64,000 nt of DNA from an uncultured Candidatus Binatia bacterium. Its GTDB lineage: Bacteria; Desulfobacterota; Binatia; UBA9968; JAJDTQ01. Made by a program: the position numbers and the translations under genes. Location of the stretch: the NCBI GenBank assembly GCA_965221155.1, contig OZ244869.1:2584772-2648771 (forward strand), read 5' to 3'. The notes beneath the pieces are model-generated. The model saw only the letters and a program-made list of their open reading frames with translations, was not told the DNA's origin and searched no databases. Below are positions 1-9,401 of the stretch, piece by piece (within the stretch, counting starts at the first letter, position 1; each line of letters starts with the position of its first letter).

Positions 1-22
1 AGAGCTCTTCGTTCCGTCAACC

Positions 23-1093
23 CTAGGGTGACCGGGGAAAGAATTTGATCCGTTCTTTCGGCAAGGTGACGTACACGCGGTCTTCCATCGGCGCCTTGTT
101 CATGGTCTTGAGCTGCAACACGACCCCGGCAACGCGCACCTCGTGAACGAACTGATCGCCGAGGAACGTACGGGACACCAGTTCCCCCTCGAACTCGTTG
201 TCGCGCCCGGTAGGCGTGGAGCTTACCTCCAGCTCTTCGGGCCGGATGCCCAAGGTGCCGGTGAGGCCCGGCTGATCCGCTCGTAGGGTCTTGAGGCTGC
301 CCATCGTTGTCGCGATGGTCCCGCCCGCGGCCGTCTCCGCATCCAGCCAGTTGATGGAGCCGAAGAACTCGGCCACCACCCGATTCGTCGGCCCTTCGTA
401 GAGTTCTTCGGGCGCGCCGACGGAGACGATGGCGCCCAGGCTCATGACCGCGATGCGGTCCGCCACCACCATGGCTTCGACCTGATCATGGGTCACGTAC
501 AGCACGGTGATGTTGAGGCGTTTGGCCAGGTCGCGGATCTGGCCCCGCATATCTTCTCTCAGCCGCGCGTCCAGGTTGCTGAGGGGCTCGTCCATGAGCA
601 ACAGTTTGGGATTCACCGCCAGCGCCCGCGCCAAAGCCACTCGCTGCTGCTGGCCGCCGCTCAGCAGCGGCGACGGCCGGTCGGCGTAGTCTTCCAGTTG
701 CACCAGCTTCAGGGACTCGTAGACCCGTTCCCGCACCAGGGATTTGGCGATCTTCTTCCGCCCGCGCGTCAGCGGCAATGCCACGTTCTGGAAGACGGTC
801 ATATGGGGCCAGATGGCGTAGGACTGGAACACCATGCCGATCTTCCGGTCCTCGGGCGGCGCGCAGATTCCCCGGTGTCCGGAAAAAACCGTGGCGCCGT
901 CGATCTCGATCTCTCCGGCATCCGGCATTTCCAGGCCGGCCACACAGCGCAGCAGCGTCGTCTTCCCGGAGCCGCTCGGGCCCAGGAGCACGAAGAACTC
1001 GCCTTCGGCGACTCCCTGTGTGACGCTGCCGAGGGCCTCTACCTCGTTGCCGCCGACTCTGAAGACTTTGCGCAGATTCTTGACTTCAAGCAT
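23..1093 (-). CDS. ABC transporter ATP-binding protein (PotA/MalK-type NBD with C-terminal TOBE-like domain)
   Basis: Walker A GPSGSGKTT, ABC signature LSGGQQQRVALARAL, Walker B LLLMDEP, H-loop VTHD. C-terminal ~120 aa extension typical of importer ATPases. No permease in window. Confidence 0.9.
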   Translation of the reverse strand: MLEVKNLRKVFRVGGNEVEALGSVTQGVAEGEFFVLLGPSGSGKTTLLRCVAGLEMPDAGEIEIDGATVFSGHRGICAPPEDRKIGMVFQSYAIWPHMTVFQNVALPLTRGRKKIAKSLVRERVYESLKLVQLEDYADRPSPLLSGGQQQRVALARALAVNPKLLLMDEPLSNLDARLREDMRGQIRDLAKRLNITVLYVTHDQVEAMVVADRIAVMSLGAIVSVGAPEELYEGPTNRVVAEFFGSINWLDAETAAGGTIATTMGSLKTLRADQPGLTGTLGIRPEELEVSSTPTGRDNEFEGELVSRTFLGDQFVHEVRVAGVVLQLKTMNKAPMEDRVYVTLPKERIKFFPRSP

Positions 1094-1114
1094 GAAGGTC
1101 TCCGGAACGAGTCT

Positions 1115-1948
1115 CTACCGGATCGGATGGCGCGCCAGGAAGTCCTGCAGTGCCGTCAGGGCGCCGGTGCCGTCCCAGAAGGTCATGTGCCGGACCCCGG
1201 GTATGAGCGCCAGCTCGGCCCCGGGTATGGCCTGTCCCAGTAACCGCGCGGTGCCCACCGGGGTGCTGCCGCGCCGCTCGACCTCGTCGTCCTCGCCGCA
1301 AAGCACCAGTGTCGGCACCTTGACCTCCGGGGCCGTGGCCAGGGCATCCCAGGTCAGACGGGCGAGCTCGTGGCGGCGAAACATCTCCACCGTGGACTGT
1401 CCCGACCACAGGGAATTCGACAGGGCCGCGGCGGCTTCGCGGTTGGCGTGATAGAACGACGGGTTGAACGCCATGCCGTCGTTGTCCACGTGGGATCGTA
1501 TGTATTGCTCGAAGCCCATTTCCTGGATCTCCCGGTGTGCATCGGAAGACAGTTCCCGTGGGTCGCCGCCGAGGGTCCTGGACCCGGGGCCGCTGGCAGA
1601 CATGGTGAGCGTGGCCACGAGGTCAGGCCGCTGGATGGCCAGGCACTGGAGGATCTGGCTCCCCATGGCGAAGCCCACCACGTGGCAGCGCGAGATGCCG
1701 AGATGCGCCAACAACGCGGCGCAGTCTTCGGCGAACTGGCTGACGGTGTAGCCGTCCTCGGGTTGGCTGCTGCGGCCGGTGCCGCGGCAGTCCATGATGA
1801 GGGTCTCCCAGGTTGGGCTCAGGGTGGGCACCACCTGGAGCTTCCACGGATCCAACGGCCACCACGACGCGGGCACGAACAGCACGGGCTCTCCGGCTCC
1901 TTGCCGCTCGTAGTAGATTTCCAGTTCGTCCAGTTTCGCCATGGGCAT
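1115..1948 (-). CDS. alpha/beta-hydrolase fold protein (3-oxoadipate enol-lactonase-like); nucleophile-elbow reads VGFAMGS (Ala at the Ser position)
   Basis: 277-aa ORF with the fold-typical layout: 'LFVPASWW' strand, elbow pentapeptide 'HVVGFAMGSQ', C-terminal His region 'GVRHMTFWD'. Elbow aligns to PcaD-like 'VGLSMGG' with Ser->Ala. Confidence 0.65.
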   Translation of the reverse strand: MPMAKLDELEIYYERQGAGEPVLFVPASWWPLDPWKLQVVPTLSPTWETLIMDCRGTGRSSQPEDGYTVSQFAEDCAALLAHLGISRCHVVGFAMGSQILQCLAIQRPDLVATLTMSASGPGSRTLGGDPRELSSDAHREIQEMGFEQYIRSHVDNDGMAFNPSFYHANREAAAALSNSLWSGQSTVEMFRRHELARLTWDALATAPEVKVPTLVLCGEDDEVERRGSTPVGTARLLGQAIPGAELALIPGVRHMTFWDGTGALTALQDFLARHPIR

Positions 1949-2064
1949 TTTCAGGTCTCCGTCGTTCCTCTCCGCCTCGGGACGGTCACACGGGCGCGTC
2001 CGAAACCCGCCCTGCCTTTGTCACGCTGTCCCGAGGATAGGCACCTATGGGCGCGTTCGCAAGC

Positions 2065-3333
2065 CTAATTGCGACGCTTGCCGGCGGCGGGCGCGTCGGA
2101 GCGCAGGAGCTCGAGGATCTCCTTCCGTGGAAACCCGTCCACGCGACGCTGCTTATTATTCTGATAGTCTCGTATGGCGGCGCGGGTCTTGGGGCCGATG
2201 ATCCCGTCTATCTCGCCGATGTCATACCCGCGCGCCGCCAGAAGGCGCTGCAGCTCCTTGCGCTCCGGCTCGGTGATGGGGTCGATGCCGCCGGGCCAGG
2301 CGAGGGCTTGTTCCTCTCCCCGCAACCGGTCCGAAAGGTGTCCCACGGCAAGAGCGTACTTGTGGGCCGGGTTGTAGCGCAGGATCGAGCGGAAGTTCCG
2401 GCGCAGCAGGAAGGCCGGCCCGTCGGCGCCCGCCGGCAGGTCGAGGTAGGCGCGATCACCCGCGTGCGGGAAGGTCTCGCCGTCCGTGCGCCGCAGGCCC
2501 AGCCGCTGCCATTCACGGATGGCCCTCTCGTGCTTGCGGCCCGCCAGCCCCGCGTCGAAGCGTTCCGGGAGAAGGACCTGATGGCCCCACGGCCGGCCCG
2601 ATATCCACTTGTTCCCGCGCAGATAGTTGGCGGCGGACGCCAACGCATCCTGCGGCGTGTCCCAGATGTCGCGGCGGCCGTCGCCGGTGTAGTCCACCGC
2701 ATAGGCGGCGTAGCTGGTGGGGATGAACTGGGTGTGCCCCATGGCCCCCGCCCACGAGCCGGTCATACGGTCGAGGGTGATGTCGCCCGCCTTCAGGATG
2801 TCGAGGGCCGCCAGCAGTTGGGAGCGTCCGAATTCGGCCCGGCGTCCCTTGTAGGCGAGGGTGGAGAGCGAGCGAATCACTTTGCGCTTGCCGCGCAGCT
2901 TTCCATACAGCGTTTCCATGCCCCAGATGGCCGCCAGCACGTGACGGTCCACGCCGTACCGCCGCTCGATGCCCTCCAGGTCCGCCGCAAACTCGGACAG
3001 CTTGCGGCGCCCTTCCTTCACCCGCGTATCGGTGATCACCAAGGCCAGATAATGGGATGCCGGCAGCACGAACTCGGGCTGGCGGTTGTTTCTCTCGATG
3101 ACTTCGGGGTCGGGGGTGAGGCCGTGGAACGCCCGGTCGTAGAGGGCCACCGGAATGCCGCGCCGGCGCGCCACCGTACGGAACTCCTCGACGAACTTCC
3201 GATAGGCCGCCTGATCGGACGTCAGCGGTTGCGCCGCGGAAGCGCTCGCCACCTCACCGGCGATCACGCCGGCCAGGAAGAAGGCCGCCGCCAAACCCGT
3301 GCCGATCTTCATTCCCCTGCCCATGGCGGACAC
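2065..3333 (-). CDS. lytic murein transglycosylase (MltB family) with C-terminal peptidoglycan-binding domain
   Basis: N-terminal signal peptide MKIGTGLAAAFFLAGVIAGEVASASA. MltB-like core. C-terminal PG_binding_1-like repeat 'LLAARGYDIGEIDGIIGPKTRAAIRDYQ'. Confidence 0.8.
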   Translation of the reverse strand: MSAMGRGMKIGTGLAAAFFLAGVIAGEVASASAAQPLTSDQAAYRKFVEEFRTVARRRGIPVALYDRAFHGLTPDPEVIERNNRQPEFVLPASHYLALVITDTRVKEGRRKLSEFAADLEGIERRYGVDRHVLAAIWGMETLYGKLRGKRKVIRSLSTLAYKGRRAEFGRSQLLAALDILKAGDITLDRMTGSWAGAMGHTQFIPTSYAAYAVDYTGDGRRDIWDTPQDALASAANYLRGNKWISGRPWGHQVLLPERFDAGLAGRKHERAIREWQRLGLRRTDGETFPHAGDRAYLDLPAGADGPAFLLRRNFRSILRYNPAHKYALAVGHLSDRLRGEEQALAWPGGIDPITEPERKELQRLLAARGYDIGEIDGIIGPKTRAAIRDYQNNKQRRVDGFPRKEILELLRSDAPAAGKRRN

Positions 3334-3345
3334 CGTATTTCCGGA

Positions 3346-3516
3346 CTAGGTGAACAGCTTGACGATGATGGCGATCAGGCCCCCCAGAATGGTAAGAGCG
3401 CCCCACGCCATCTTGCTTTCCAGCTTGGATATGTCAGCCTTGGTCGCGAGATGCGGCAGAGTCGTTTCAAAGGCCGTCTCCAACCGGGTCATGCGTTCCT
3501 CCACGCCGTTTGCCAT
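3346..3516 (-). CDS. small membrane protein, XhlA-like (N-terminal coiled coil + C-terminal TM helix); hypothetical
   Basis: 56-aa product from internal ATG: 'MANGVEERMTRLETAFETTLPHLATKADISKLESKMAWGALTILGGLIAIIVKLFT'. Sits immediately upstream of and co-directional with the transglycosylase. The longer 90-aa ORF start is unlikely. Confidence 0.3.
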   Translation of the reverse strand: MANGVEERMTRLETAFETTLPHLATKADISKLESKMAWGALTILGGLIAIIVKLFT

Positions 3517-3711
3517 GCCGTGTCTCCTGGCGGTCACTTTGACCGCTGTTGCCGTGAAAATCAACAGAACCTCGTGACATCGTGCCCGTCGCCACCTGTT
3601 TGCCCAACGAAACCGCACTGGCTATATTTGGGGCTGCGTTACCTTCCGCCGGCTCAGCGCCTTAACTCAGTGCCATAGACTTCGCCACAACATACGAGAG
3701 GAGAATTCACC

Positions 3712-4572
3712 ATGCCCAGACCGCGCCCCATCCAGTGGCCGGACAACGCCAAGATATGCGTCACTTTCATCATTCCGTGGGAGGTGTGGCCGGACAACTA
3801 CGCCACCCGGGGCTCGCTGCAACGGGTCAGCCATCCGCTGCCGCCGGACAACGCCGTCTTCAAGCAGAACATGGCCGCCGTCACCGAGCGCGAGTACGGT
3901 GACCGGGTGGGCATCTGGCGCATCATGGACATGTTCGAGCGCCACAACCTCAAGGTTACCTTCCTGATGAACGGCAAGAAGGTGGAGCAGTTCCCGGACG
4001 AGGTGAAAGAGTTCCAGGCCCAGGGGCACGAGTTTTCCTCGGAGTGCTACGAGCACGAATACGCGTTCATGTACACCCGAGAGGAAGAGCGGAAGTCGAT
4101 TCAGGACACGGTTGCCGCCTTCAAAAACGTGCTCGGGGCGCCTCCGACGGGCTATCTGTCACCCGGTCACGCCTCCACCAACAACACCCTGGATCTGGTG
4201 GCGGAAGCGGGTTTCGTGTGGTGGGCCGACCCACTCAACTCGGACGTTCCCTATACGGTCGAGGCCGGAGGCCGGAAGGTCGCCGTGGTGCCCTACAACG
4301 TGCCGGGGTGCAACGACTACTCCACCTACGGCGGCGGACGTACGCCCAGAGACCTGCTTCAGATCATGAAAGACCAGTTCGACTACCTCTACTGGGAGGG
4401 CGAGCAGGGGTCGCCGAAGTTTTTCGCGTTCAACCTCCATCCGTTCGTTTCCGGCGTGCCGTACCGGACCAGGATCGTGGACGAGTTCATCAAGTACGCC
4501 AAGGGCTTTTCCGACGTCTGGTTCGCCAGGAGGATCGAGATCGCCAACTGGATCCTGGAGCAGGGCTACTGA
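3712..4572 (+). CDS. polysaccharide deacetylase family protein (PuuE/chitooligosaccharide deacetylase-like)
   Basis: 286-aa product with NodB-like region 'KVTFLMNGKKVEQFPDEVKEFQAQGHEF'. RBS-like GAGAGGAG upstream of ATG at 3712. Confidence 0.7.
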   Translation: MPRPRPIQWPDNAKICVTFIIPWEVWPDNYATRGSLQRVSHPLPPDNAVFKQNMAAVTEREYGDRVGIWRIMDMFERHNLKVTFLMNGKKVEQFPDEVKEFQAQGHEFSSECYEHEYAFMYTREEERKSIQDTVAAFKNVLGAPPTGYLSPGHASTNNTLDLVAEAGFVWWADPLNSDVPYTVEAGGRKVAVVPYNVPGCNDYSTYGGGRTPRDLLQIMKDQFDYLYWEGEQGSPKFFAFNLHPFVSGVPYRTRIVDEFIKYAKGFSDVWFARRIEIANWILEQGY

Positions 4573-4584
4573 TACCCCTGCTCG

Positions 4585-5349
4585 TCAAGACTTCAGGTCC
4601 TGCGGGCGCTGCTGAAGCGAAACGGCGCTGTGGCTGCCGAACTCGATGGTCTTGCCGTACAACCCGCGCGCGGGGTCGCTGAGAAGGAAGGCCGCCACCG
4701 CGGCCACTTCCGAGACCGAAAGGGTTTCGCCGCCGCGCGCCGGCCTGGAGTCCGCGCGCGGCGGGTCCTTGTCACCGGTGGTCCGCAACACCGGCGCGGG
4801 TTTCAGTACGTTCAGGGTCACGTTTTCCCCGACCACCTCCGTCGCGACGGATTGAAGCCACGCTGGCAGTGCGGCGCTGGCGACCGAGTCGAAGTGTCTT
4901 TCGGCGGCGGTCCCCGGGATCGGCCAGGGCACCATCCAGAGCACCCGGCCCCACTGCCGGCGCTGCATGCCGGGCAGGAGCGCTTCCGTTGCGGCCTTGA
5001 AGCGCAGGAAGCCGTTGTCGAGCCGGGCTCTCCAGGACAGCGTGGGCTGGTCCTCCTGCAACGTGCGCCGGGCGATGCCGAACAGTATGTCGATGGCGCC
5101 GAAATCGGCGATGACACGGTCCATCAGGGCGGCGGCCGACGGTTCGTCCCATGCGTCCAACCGGTACCCCACGGCCTTGACGCGGCCCGCCGCCGCGGCC
5201 TCGGCCGCGACCTTTCGCGCCGCCCATTCCTTGCGGGCGCACACCGCCACGTTGGCGCCCTCGGCCGCCAACGCCCCTGCTACGGCTCGGCCGATTCCCC
5301 GGGACCCCCCGAAGACCAGTGCGCTTTTTCCCTTGATGCCGAGATCCAT
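4585..5349 (-). CDS. SDR family oxidoreductase (short-chain dehydrogenase/reductase)
   Basis: Rossmann motif 'KSALVFGGSRGIGRAVAGALAAEGANV' (TGxxxGxG). Start moved to internal ATG (MDLGIKGK...), giving a typical ~254-aa SDR. Confidence 0.85.
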   Translation of the reverse strand: MDLGIKGKSALVFGGSRGIGRAVAGALAAEGANVAVCARKEWAARKVAAEAAAAGRVKAVGYRLDAWDEPSAAALMDRVIADFGAIDILFGIARRTLQEDQPTLSWRARLDNGFLRFKAATEALLPGMQRRQWGRVLWMVPWPIPGTAAERHFDSVASAALPAWLQSVATEVVGENVTLNVLKPAPVLRTTGDKDPPRADSRPARGGETLSVSEVAAVAAFLLSDPARGLYGKTIEFGSHSAVSLQQRPQDLKS

Positions 5350-5499
5350 GGCCGTCAAGAACGCGTGAGCCGCAAGAGGCCTTCCAGCGCCACCAACAGC
5401 GCGTAGTGCGCCAGCAACAGTGCGTAGCGGGTCAGCAACCACAGGCACCGTCCCGCCAAAGGGATGATCCCGCGGCCGCGTTGCGACTTGTCCAGTGAC

Positions 5500-7776
5500 C
5501 TATCCATTACGCGCCTCCATCTGCTGTTGCCCGGTGAGCACCGGCGGATGTTCGCCCGCCAGGTCCTGGGCCAGCTCCACATCCCTGCGCACCATGTCTG
5601 CAAAGTAACCGTCGCCCCGGCCAAGCTCCGCGGGCGTGCCTTGCTCCTCGATCTTCCCGCGCTGCATGCAGATGACGCGGTCCGCGTAACGCAGCGCGGA
5701 CAACCGGTGGGCGATGACGATGATCGTCCGCCCCTGGGCCAGCGCGCGAATGTTTTCCTGGATCCGAGCCTCGTCCTGCTTGTCCACCGAGCTGGTGGCT
5801 TCGTCCAGAATCAACACGCTTCGCCAATGGAACAGCGCCCGGGCCAGTGCCAGACGCTGTCGCTCGCCGCCCGAGAGAAGTGTCCCGCGGGCGCCGACCC
5901 GGGTGGCATAGCCCTTGGGCGTCTGCGTGGTGAACTCGTGGGCGCACGCCGCCTTGGCCGCGGCCGTGACCCGGGCCATGTGGTGCTGACCCGGTGCCAG
6001 GGCGATGTTGTCGGCAATGCTGCGCCGAAAGATGGGATAGTCCTGCTCTACCGTGCCGATGTGACTGCGGATCCAGTCGGGGTCGACGACCGCGGCGTCC
6101 GCGCCGTCCAGGAGGATGCGCCCTTCGGTGGCGAGGTAGAGTCTCTGGATCAGGCGGCCGACGGTGCTCTTCCCCGAACCCGATGGACCGACGATGCCTA
6201 CGGTCTCGCCGGGTTTGATCTCGAACGTGACGCCGTCCAGAGCGTTTCGGCTTCCGTCCGGGTAGCGGAAACGCACGTCCTCGAAACGGACGGCGCCCTT
6301 GAAGGAAGGAAGCCGGACGAGATGTCCGCTCTGGCGTTCCGTGGGTTCGTTGAGCACGGTTCCCAGCTCCTTCACCAGGCCGCGCAGCCGGGAAAAGTCA
6401 TAGGCGAACAGGCACAGACGCATCATGGGCTGGGAGAAGCGCATGTTCACCAGGTTGACCGCCACGAGCTGCCCCAGGGTGAGTTGCCCGTCCAGCACCA
6501 TGGAGGCTCCAAACCACAGCAGGCCCGCGGTGCCCAACCGGTTCACGAACTGGTTGTACTGAGTCATGGACTCCCGCAGATTCTGGGTGTCCTCTTCGGA
6601 CGACACCGTCTCATCCACCCGTTGGGTGAGGAAGGCTTCCTGGGCATGCTCCTCATGCATGCCCTTCACGGTCTCGATGCCGTTGAAGGTATCGAGCACG
6701 GCTTCGTTGCTCTCCCGCCGGCTGCCCTTGGTTCGCCGGCTCCATCGCTGGAAGGTCGGCATCACCAGGAACGCCGGGGCGACGTAAAGGGGCAGGCAGG
6801 CCAGAATGACCATGGACAGGGTGAAGCTGAAGTTCAGCATCAACCCCAGGAACACCAGCACGAAGAAGATGTCCACGAACACGAACACCACGGCGTTGGT
6901 GAGGAACCGGCGCAGGTGCTGAAGCTCTTCGATGCGGGAAAGGGTCTCGACCGCGGTGTTCTGGAGGTAGAAGGCCGCGGGAAGCTCCAGGGAGTGGCGG
7001 ATGAGCCTTGAGAGCAACGTGCGGTCCATGGCCCGCACCGCGTGACGCAGGGCTTTATGGCGGGCAACGCGGAGGACGGCCTCGAAGGCCAGAAAGAATA
7101 GCAGACTCACGATGATCACGTCGAGGGTGGCGGCGCCGCGATTGGATATGACCTTGTCGATGATGATGAGGAAGGCGAAGGGGTAGATGTAGCCCAGGAG
7201 GTTGACGAAGAAGGACGCCGCCACCAACGGCCCGAAAAGCGCTTTGTTGTTCAGGAGATGCCCGGCGATGGACCGCACCGTGAAGGTCTGGTGCTCGGCG
7301 TCCGCCGTCTTTGTGGGGATTGCGGCCGCGCTGCCGCAGTCCTCCACGAAGGCCGCGCGCCGCGCGGCCCCGGCGTTGCCGGAGCGCGGATCTATCAGGT
7401 AGACGTTGTCGTCGTCGGCGCCCGCGACAAGGGCGAACCGGCCGTCCCCGCGCCGCACCAGGACCGGTGCGGACAGGTGGCGCCAGTCCTCCGGGCTCAG
7501 AGTCTTGACCTCGAGAGCGAGGCCGGCACGAGCGCCGCACTTCACCGCGGCGTTCAGATCGAGGGTTTTTGCCTCGGTGAGATGGTGCAGGATCTCGCCC
7601 CGGCTCGTTCGGAGTCCCTGTCCGGCGCACAGGAACAAGAGGCATGCCACGGCGGATGCGGCAGGGTCCCCGACGCCGGCCGGCGGTTGCTTCGGGGGAT
7701 CGGGATTGCCTGCCCGGCCGGCGAGGCCGCCCGCCAACCTGTTGCCGTCAGCCACGGCTCTCGTCCCGGAGATCAT
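5500..7776 (-). CDS. ABC exporter with N-terminal peptidase-C39-like domain, 6-TM domain and C-terminal NBD (bacteriocin/RiPP-type or T1SS-type exporter)
   Basis: N-terminal ~150 aa aligns to C39 (Cys region 'SAVACLLFLCAG'). The expected His region reads 'GDGRFALV', i.e. Arg where catalytic His is expected. Central TM block, then NBD with GPSGSGKST, LSGGERQRLALARAL, LILDEATSSVD. Overlaps the 3' end of the DUF2063-like gene. Confidence 0.85.
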   Translation of the reverse strand: MISGTRAVADGNRLAGGLAGRAGNPDPPKQPPAGVGDPAASAVACLLFLCAGQGLRTSRGEILHHLTEAKTLDLNAAVKCGARAGLALEVKTLSPEDWRHLSAPVLVRRGDGRFALVAGADDDNVYLIDPRSGNAGAARRAAFVEDCGSAAAIPTKTADAEHQTFTVRSIAGHLLNNKALFGPLVAASFFVNLLGYIYPFAFLIIIDKVISNRGAATLDVIIVSLLFFLAFEAVLRVARHKALRHAVRAMDRTLLSRLIRHSLELPAAFYLQNTAVETLSRIEELQHLRRFLTNAVVFVFVDIFFVLVFLGLMLNFSFTLSMVILACLPLYVAPAFLVMPTFQRWSRRTKGSRRESNEAVLDTFNGIETVKGMHEEHAQEAFLTQRVDETVSSEEDTQNLRESMTQYNQFVNRLGTAGLLWFGASMVLDGQLTLGQLVAVNLVNMRFSQPMMRLCLFAYDFSRLRGLVKELGTVLNEPTERQSGHLVRLPSFKGAVRFEDVRFRYPDGSRNALDGVTFEIKPGETVGIVGPSGSGKSTVGRLIQRLYLATEGRILLDGADAAVVDPDWIRSHIGTVEQDYPIFRRSIADNIALAPGQHHMARVTAAAKAACAHEFTTQTPKGYATRVGARGTLLSGGERQRLALARALFHWRSVLILDEATSSVDKQDEARIQENIRALAQGRTIIVIAHRLSALRYADRVICMQRGKIEEQGTPAELGRGDGYFADMVRRDVELAQDLAGEHPPVLTGQQQMEARNG

Positions 7777-8533
7777 TGCCGTTCACCAGTACGAGGCCCT
7801 GGGTCGCAAGGCGTTTGATGAGGGCGACGCGGACGTTGTCGTCGGGTCCGGCTTCCTCCGACGCCAGCGGTGACCATTCCATGGAGCGTTCCAGCAGTGC
7901 GAAGGCCTCCGGCGCGAGCTCCAGCACCATGGGTTGGCGCCGCCCGCGCGAGGCCAGGACGGCGAGGCACACGGGTCGTTGGGCCACCGGCTCGCCGGAC
8001 CGGCCGGGCTCGAACAAGGGCCGCACATCGTACCTGCAACGCACCAGAACGGCACAAGGGTGGGTGCGGTACCACAAGTCAACCGAGGGTTGCGGGCGCG
8101 CCGCCAGGGCCTCGCTTTCCATGGCCGTGGGGCGAAGTGTCCGCGCCCCTGCCATAGCCAGCTCGATACCCGCGACGTCGACGGCCCATGCCGGCGTCGG
8201 CGGTTTCTGGGCGGCGCGTTTCAGAAAATGGCCGAAGAAGCCCTTGGCGTCCGGGTAGCGTTCATAGGTCCTGGGCGGACATGCGGACGCGAAGTCGCGT
8301 GTGAGGGCCGTGAAGCCGTGACCGAGCAGGGTCGCGGTGCGTTCGAAGGTCTGGCGGATTCGGTTCATTCTCTTGCTGTAGGAGAACTCCGCTTCCAGCC
8401 AAAGCCGTCGGATGTCCATGCCCTCGAGGTCCGAATCAAGGCCGGCCGACCCGAGGTCCCGGGTGCCGAAGATGAAGGCATGGCTGGTCAGATGACGCAG
8501 TAGGCTGGTCTGGGTGTCAATGAGTCTGCGCAT
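7748..8533 (-). CDS. MNIO partner protein, DUF2063-like (putative; TglI/MbnC/BufC-position gene)
   Basis: 261-aa ORF overlapping the DUF692 gene stop by 17 nt (translational coupling), the position always occupied by the DUF2063-type partner in MNIO operons. Family call rests mainly on synteny and size, not on a motif I can verify. Confidence 0.45.
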   Translation of the reverse strand: MRRLIDTQTSLLRHLTSHAFIFGTRDLGSAGLDSDLEGMDIRRLWLEAEFSYSKRMNRIRQTFERTATLLGHGFTALTRDFASACPPRTYERYPDAKGFFGHFLKRAAQKPPTPAWAVDVAGIELAMAGARTLRPTAMESEALAARPQPSVDLWYRTHPCAVLVRCRYDVRPLFEPGRSGEPVAQRPVCLAVLASRGRRQPMVLELAPEAFALLERSMEWSPLASEEAGPDDNVRVALIKRLATQGLVLVNGNDLRDESRG

Positions 8534-9401
8534 GGCTTGCGGACCTCTCTTTCATGGTGGCTTTCTGTGTTTGCCGGCGGAGACGCGCCACGTCCGCCAA
8601 GAGATCGTCGCCCTGTTCGAAGTCGTTGTCGCGCTCCAGGATCACCGTTTCCGGCCGCTGCCGGTGAAGGGTGCGTTCCAACAGCTCCAGTGCCTGCTCC
8701 GGCACCGGGTGGCTGTGGTTGTCGGCGTGGAACGGCGCGTCGAGATAGGGCCGGTGAATCAACGGTCCGCCGGCCGCGTGAACACCGGTCACCACACCGG
8801 CAGGCAGTTGGTCCAGAAACCCGTGCGGGTCGATGCCGTGGTTCTTGGAGTTGACGAACAGGTTCTCCACGTCCAGCAGCATGCCCACCCCGGTCTCCTG
8901 GAACAGCAAGTTGAAGAACTCCGCGTCGCTCATCTCCCCGTCCGGGAAATCGAAGACGTAGGAGATGTTCTCGATGGAGAACGGTACCGGCAGACGGGCC
9001 TGGATCCGCTCGATCTTGGGGATCAGCATGTCCGCGGCGGCGCGGGTCTTGGGCAACGGCAGCAGGTTGGCGATGTCGATGCCGGGCACCTTGGTCCATG
9101 CCAGGTGCTCGCTGTAGGACGGGATCTTGAGATCCTCGATGGCCTCGGCCACACCGTCCAGGTACGTTTCGTCAAGGGGCGCGTCCGTGCCGATGGAAAG
9201 TCCCACTCCGTGCAACACCAGCGGAATTCTGTCCACCAGGTTGAGGATCGCCTTGCGCGCGTATTCGCCGCCCTTGATGTAGTGGTCCACGGTAATCTCG
9301 AGCACGTCGAACCGATGCAGGTTGGCCAGCGTCCACTTGGCGATGGGAACGCGGAAACCGATGCCGATCAGGGGTGACGGGGATGAGAACGAAGTGTCCA
9401 T
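8517..9401 (-). CDS. DUF692 / MNIO-family enzyme (multinuclear non-heme iron oxidative enzyme; MbnB/TglH/BufB-like)
   Basis: N-terminal 'LIGIGFRVPI...FDVLEITVDHYIKGG...IPLVLHGVGLSIGT' matches DUF692 hallmark blocks (GlGlR, EihsEny, HGvslSlGs). TIM-barrel size (294 aa). GGGAGG RBS 5 nt before ATG. Confidence 0.8.
   Translation of the reverse strand: MDTSFSSPSPLIGIGFRVPIAKWTLANLHRFDVLEITVDHYIKGGEYARKAILNLVDRIPLVLHGVGLSIGTDAPLDETYLDGVAEAIEDLKIPSYSEHLAWTKVPGIDIANLLPLPKTRAAADMLIPKIERIQARLPVPFSIENISYVFDFPDGEMSDAEFFNLLFQETGVGMLLDVENLFVNSKNHGIDPHGFLDQLPAGVVTGVHAAGGPLIHRPYLDAPFHADNHSHPVPEQALELLERTLHRQRPETVILERDNDFEQGDDLLADVARLRRQTQKATMKERSASHAQTH

Noticed and set aside
488-2068. Multiple long + strand ORFs (488-1243, 834-1451, 1370-2068, 2047-3678) overlapping the minus-strand ABC ATPase, hydrolase and MltB genes
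   Set aside because: Antisense read-through ORFs typical of high-GC DNA. Arg/Pro/Gly-rich low-complexity translations, no domain motifs, and each fully overlaps a well-supported gene on the opposite strand.
5355-5507. 50-aa ORF (MDRSLDKSQRGRGIIPLAGRCLWLL...) just downstream of the ABC exporter, considered as a possible RiPP precursor
   Set aside because: Single Cys, hydrophobic, overlaps the exporter 3' end out-of-frame. Wrong position (downstream) for an MNIO precursor. Contained in the longer 5355-5624 track ORF that overlaps the exporter further.
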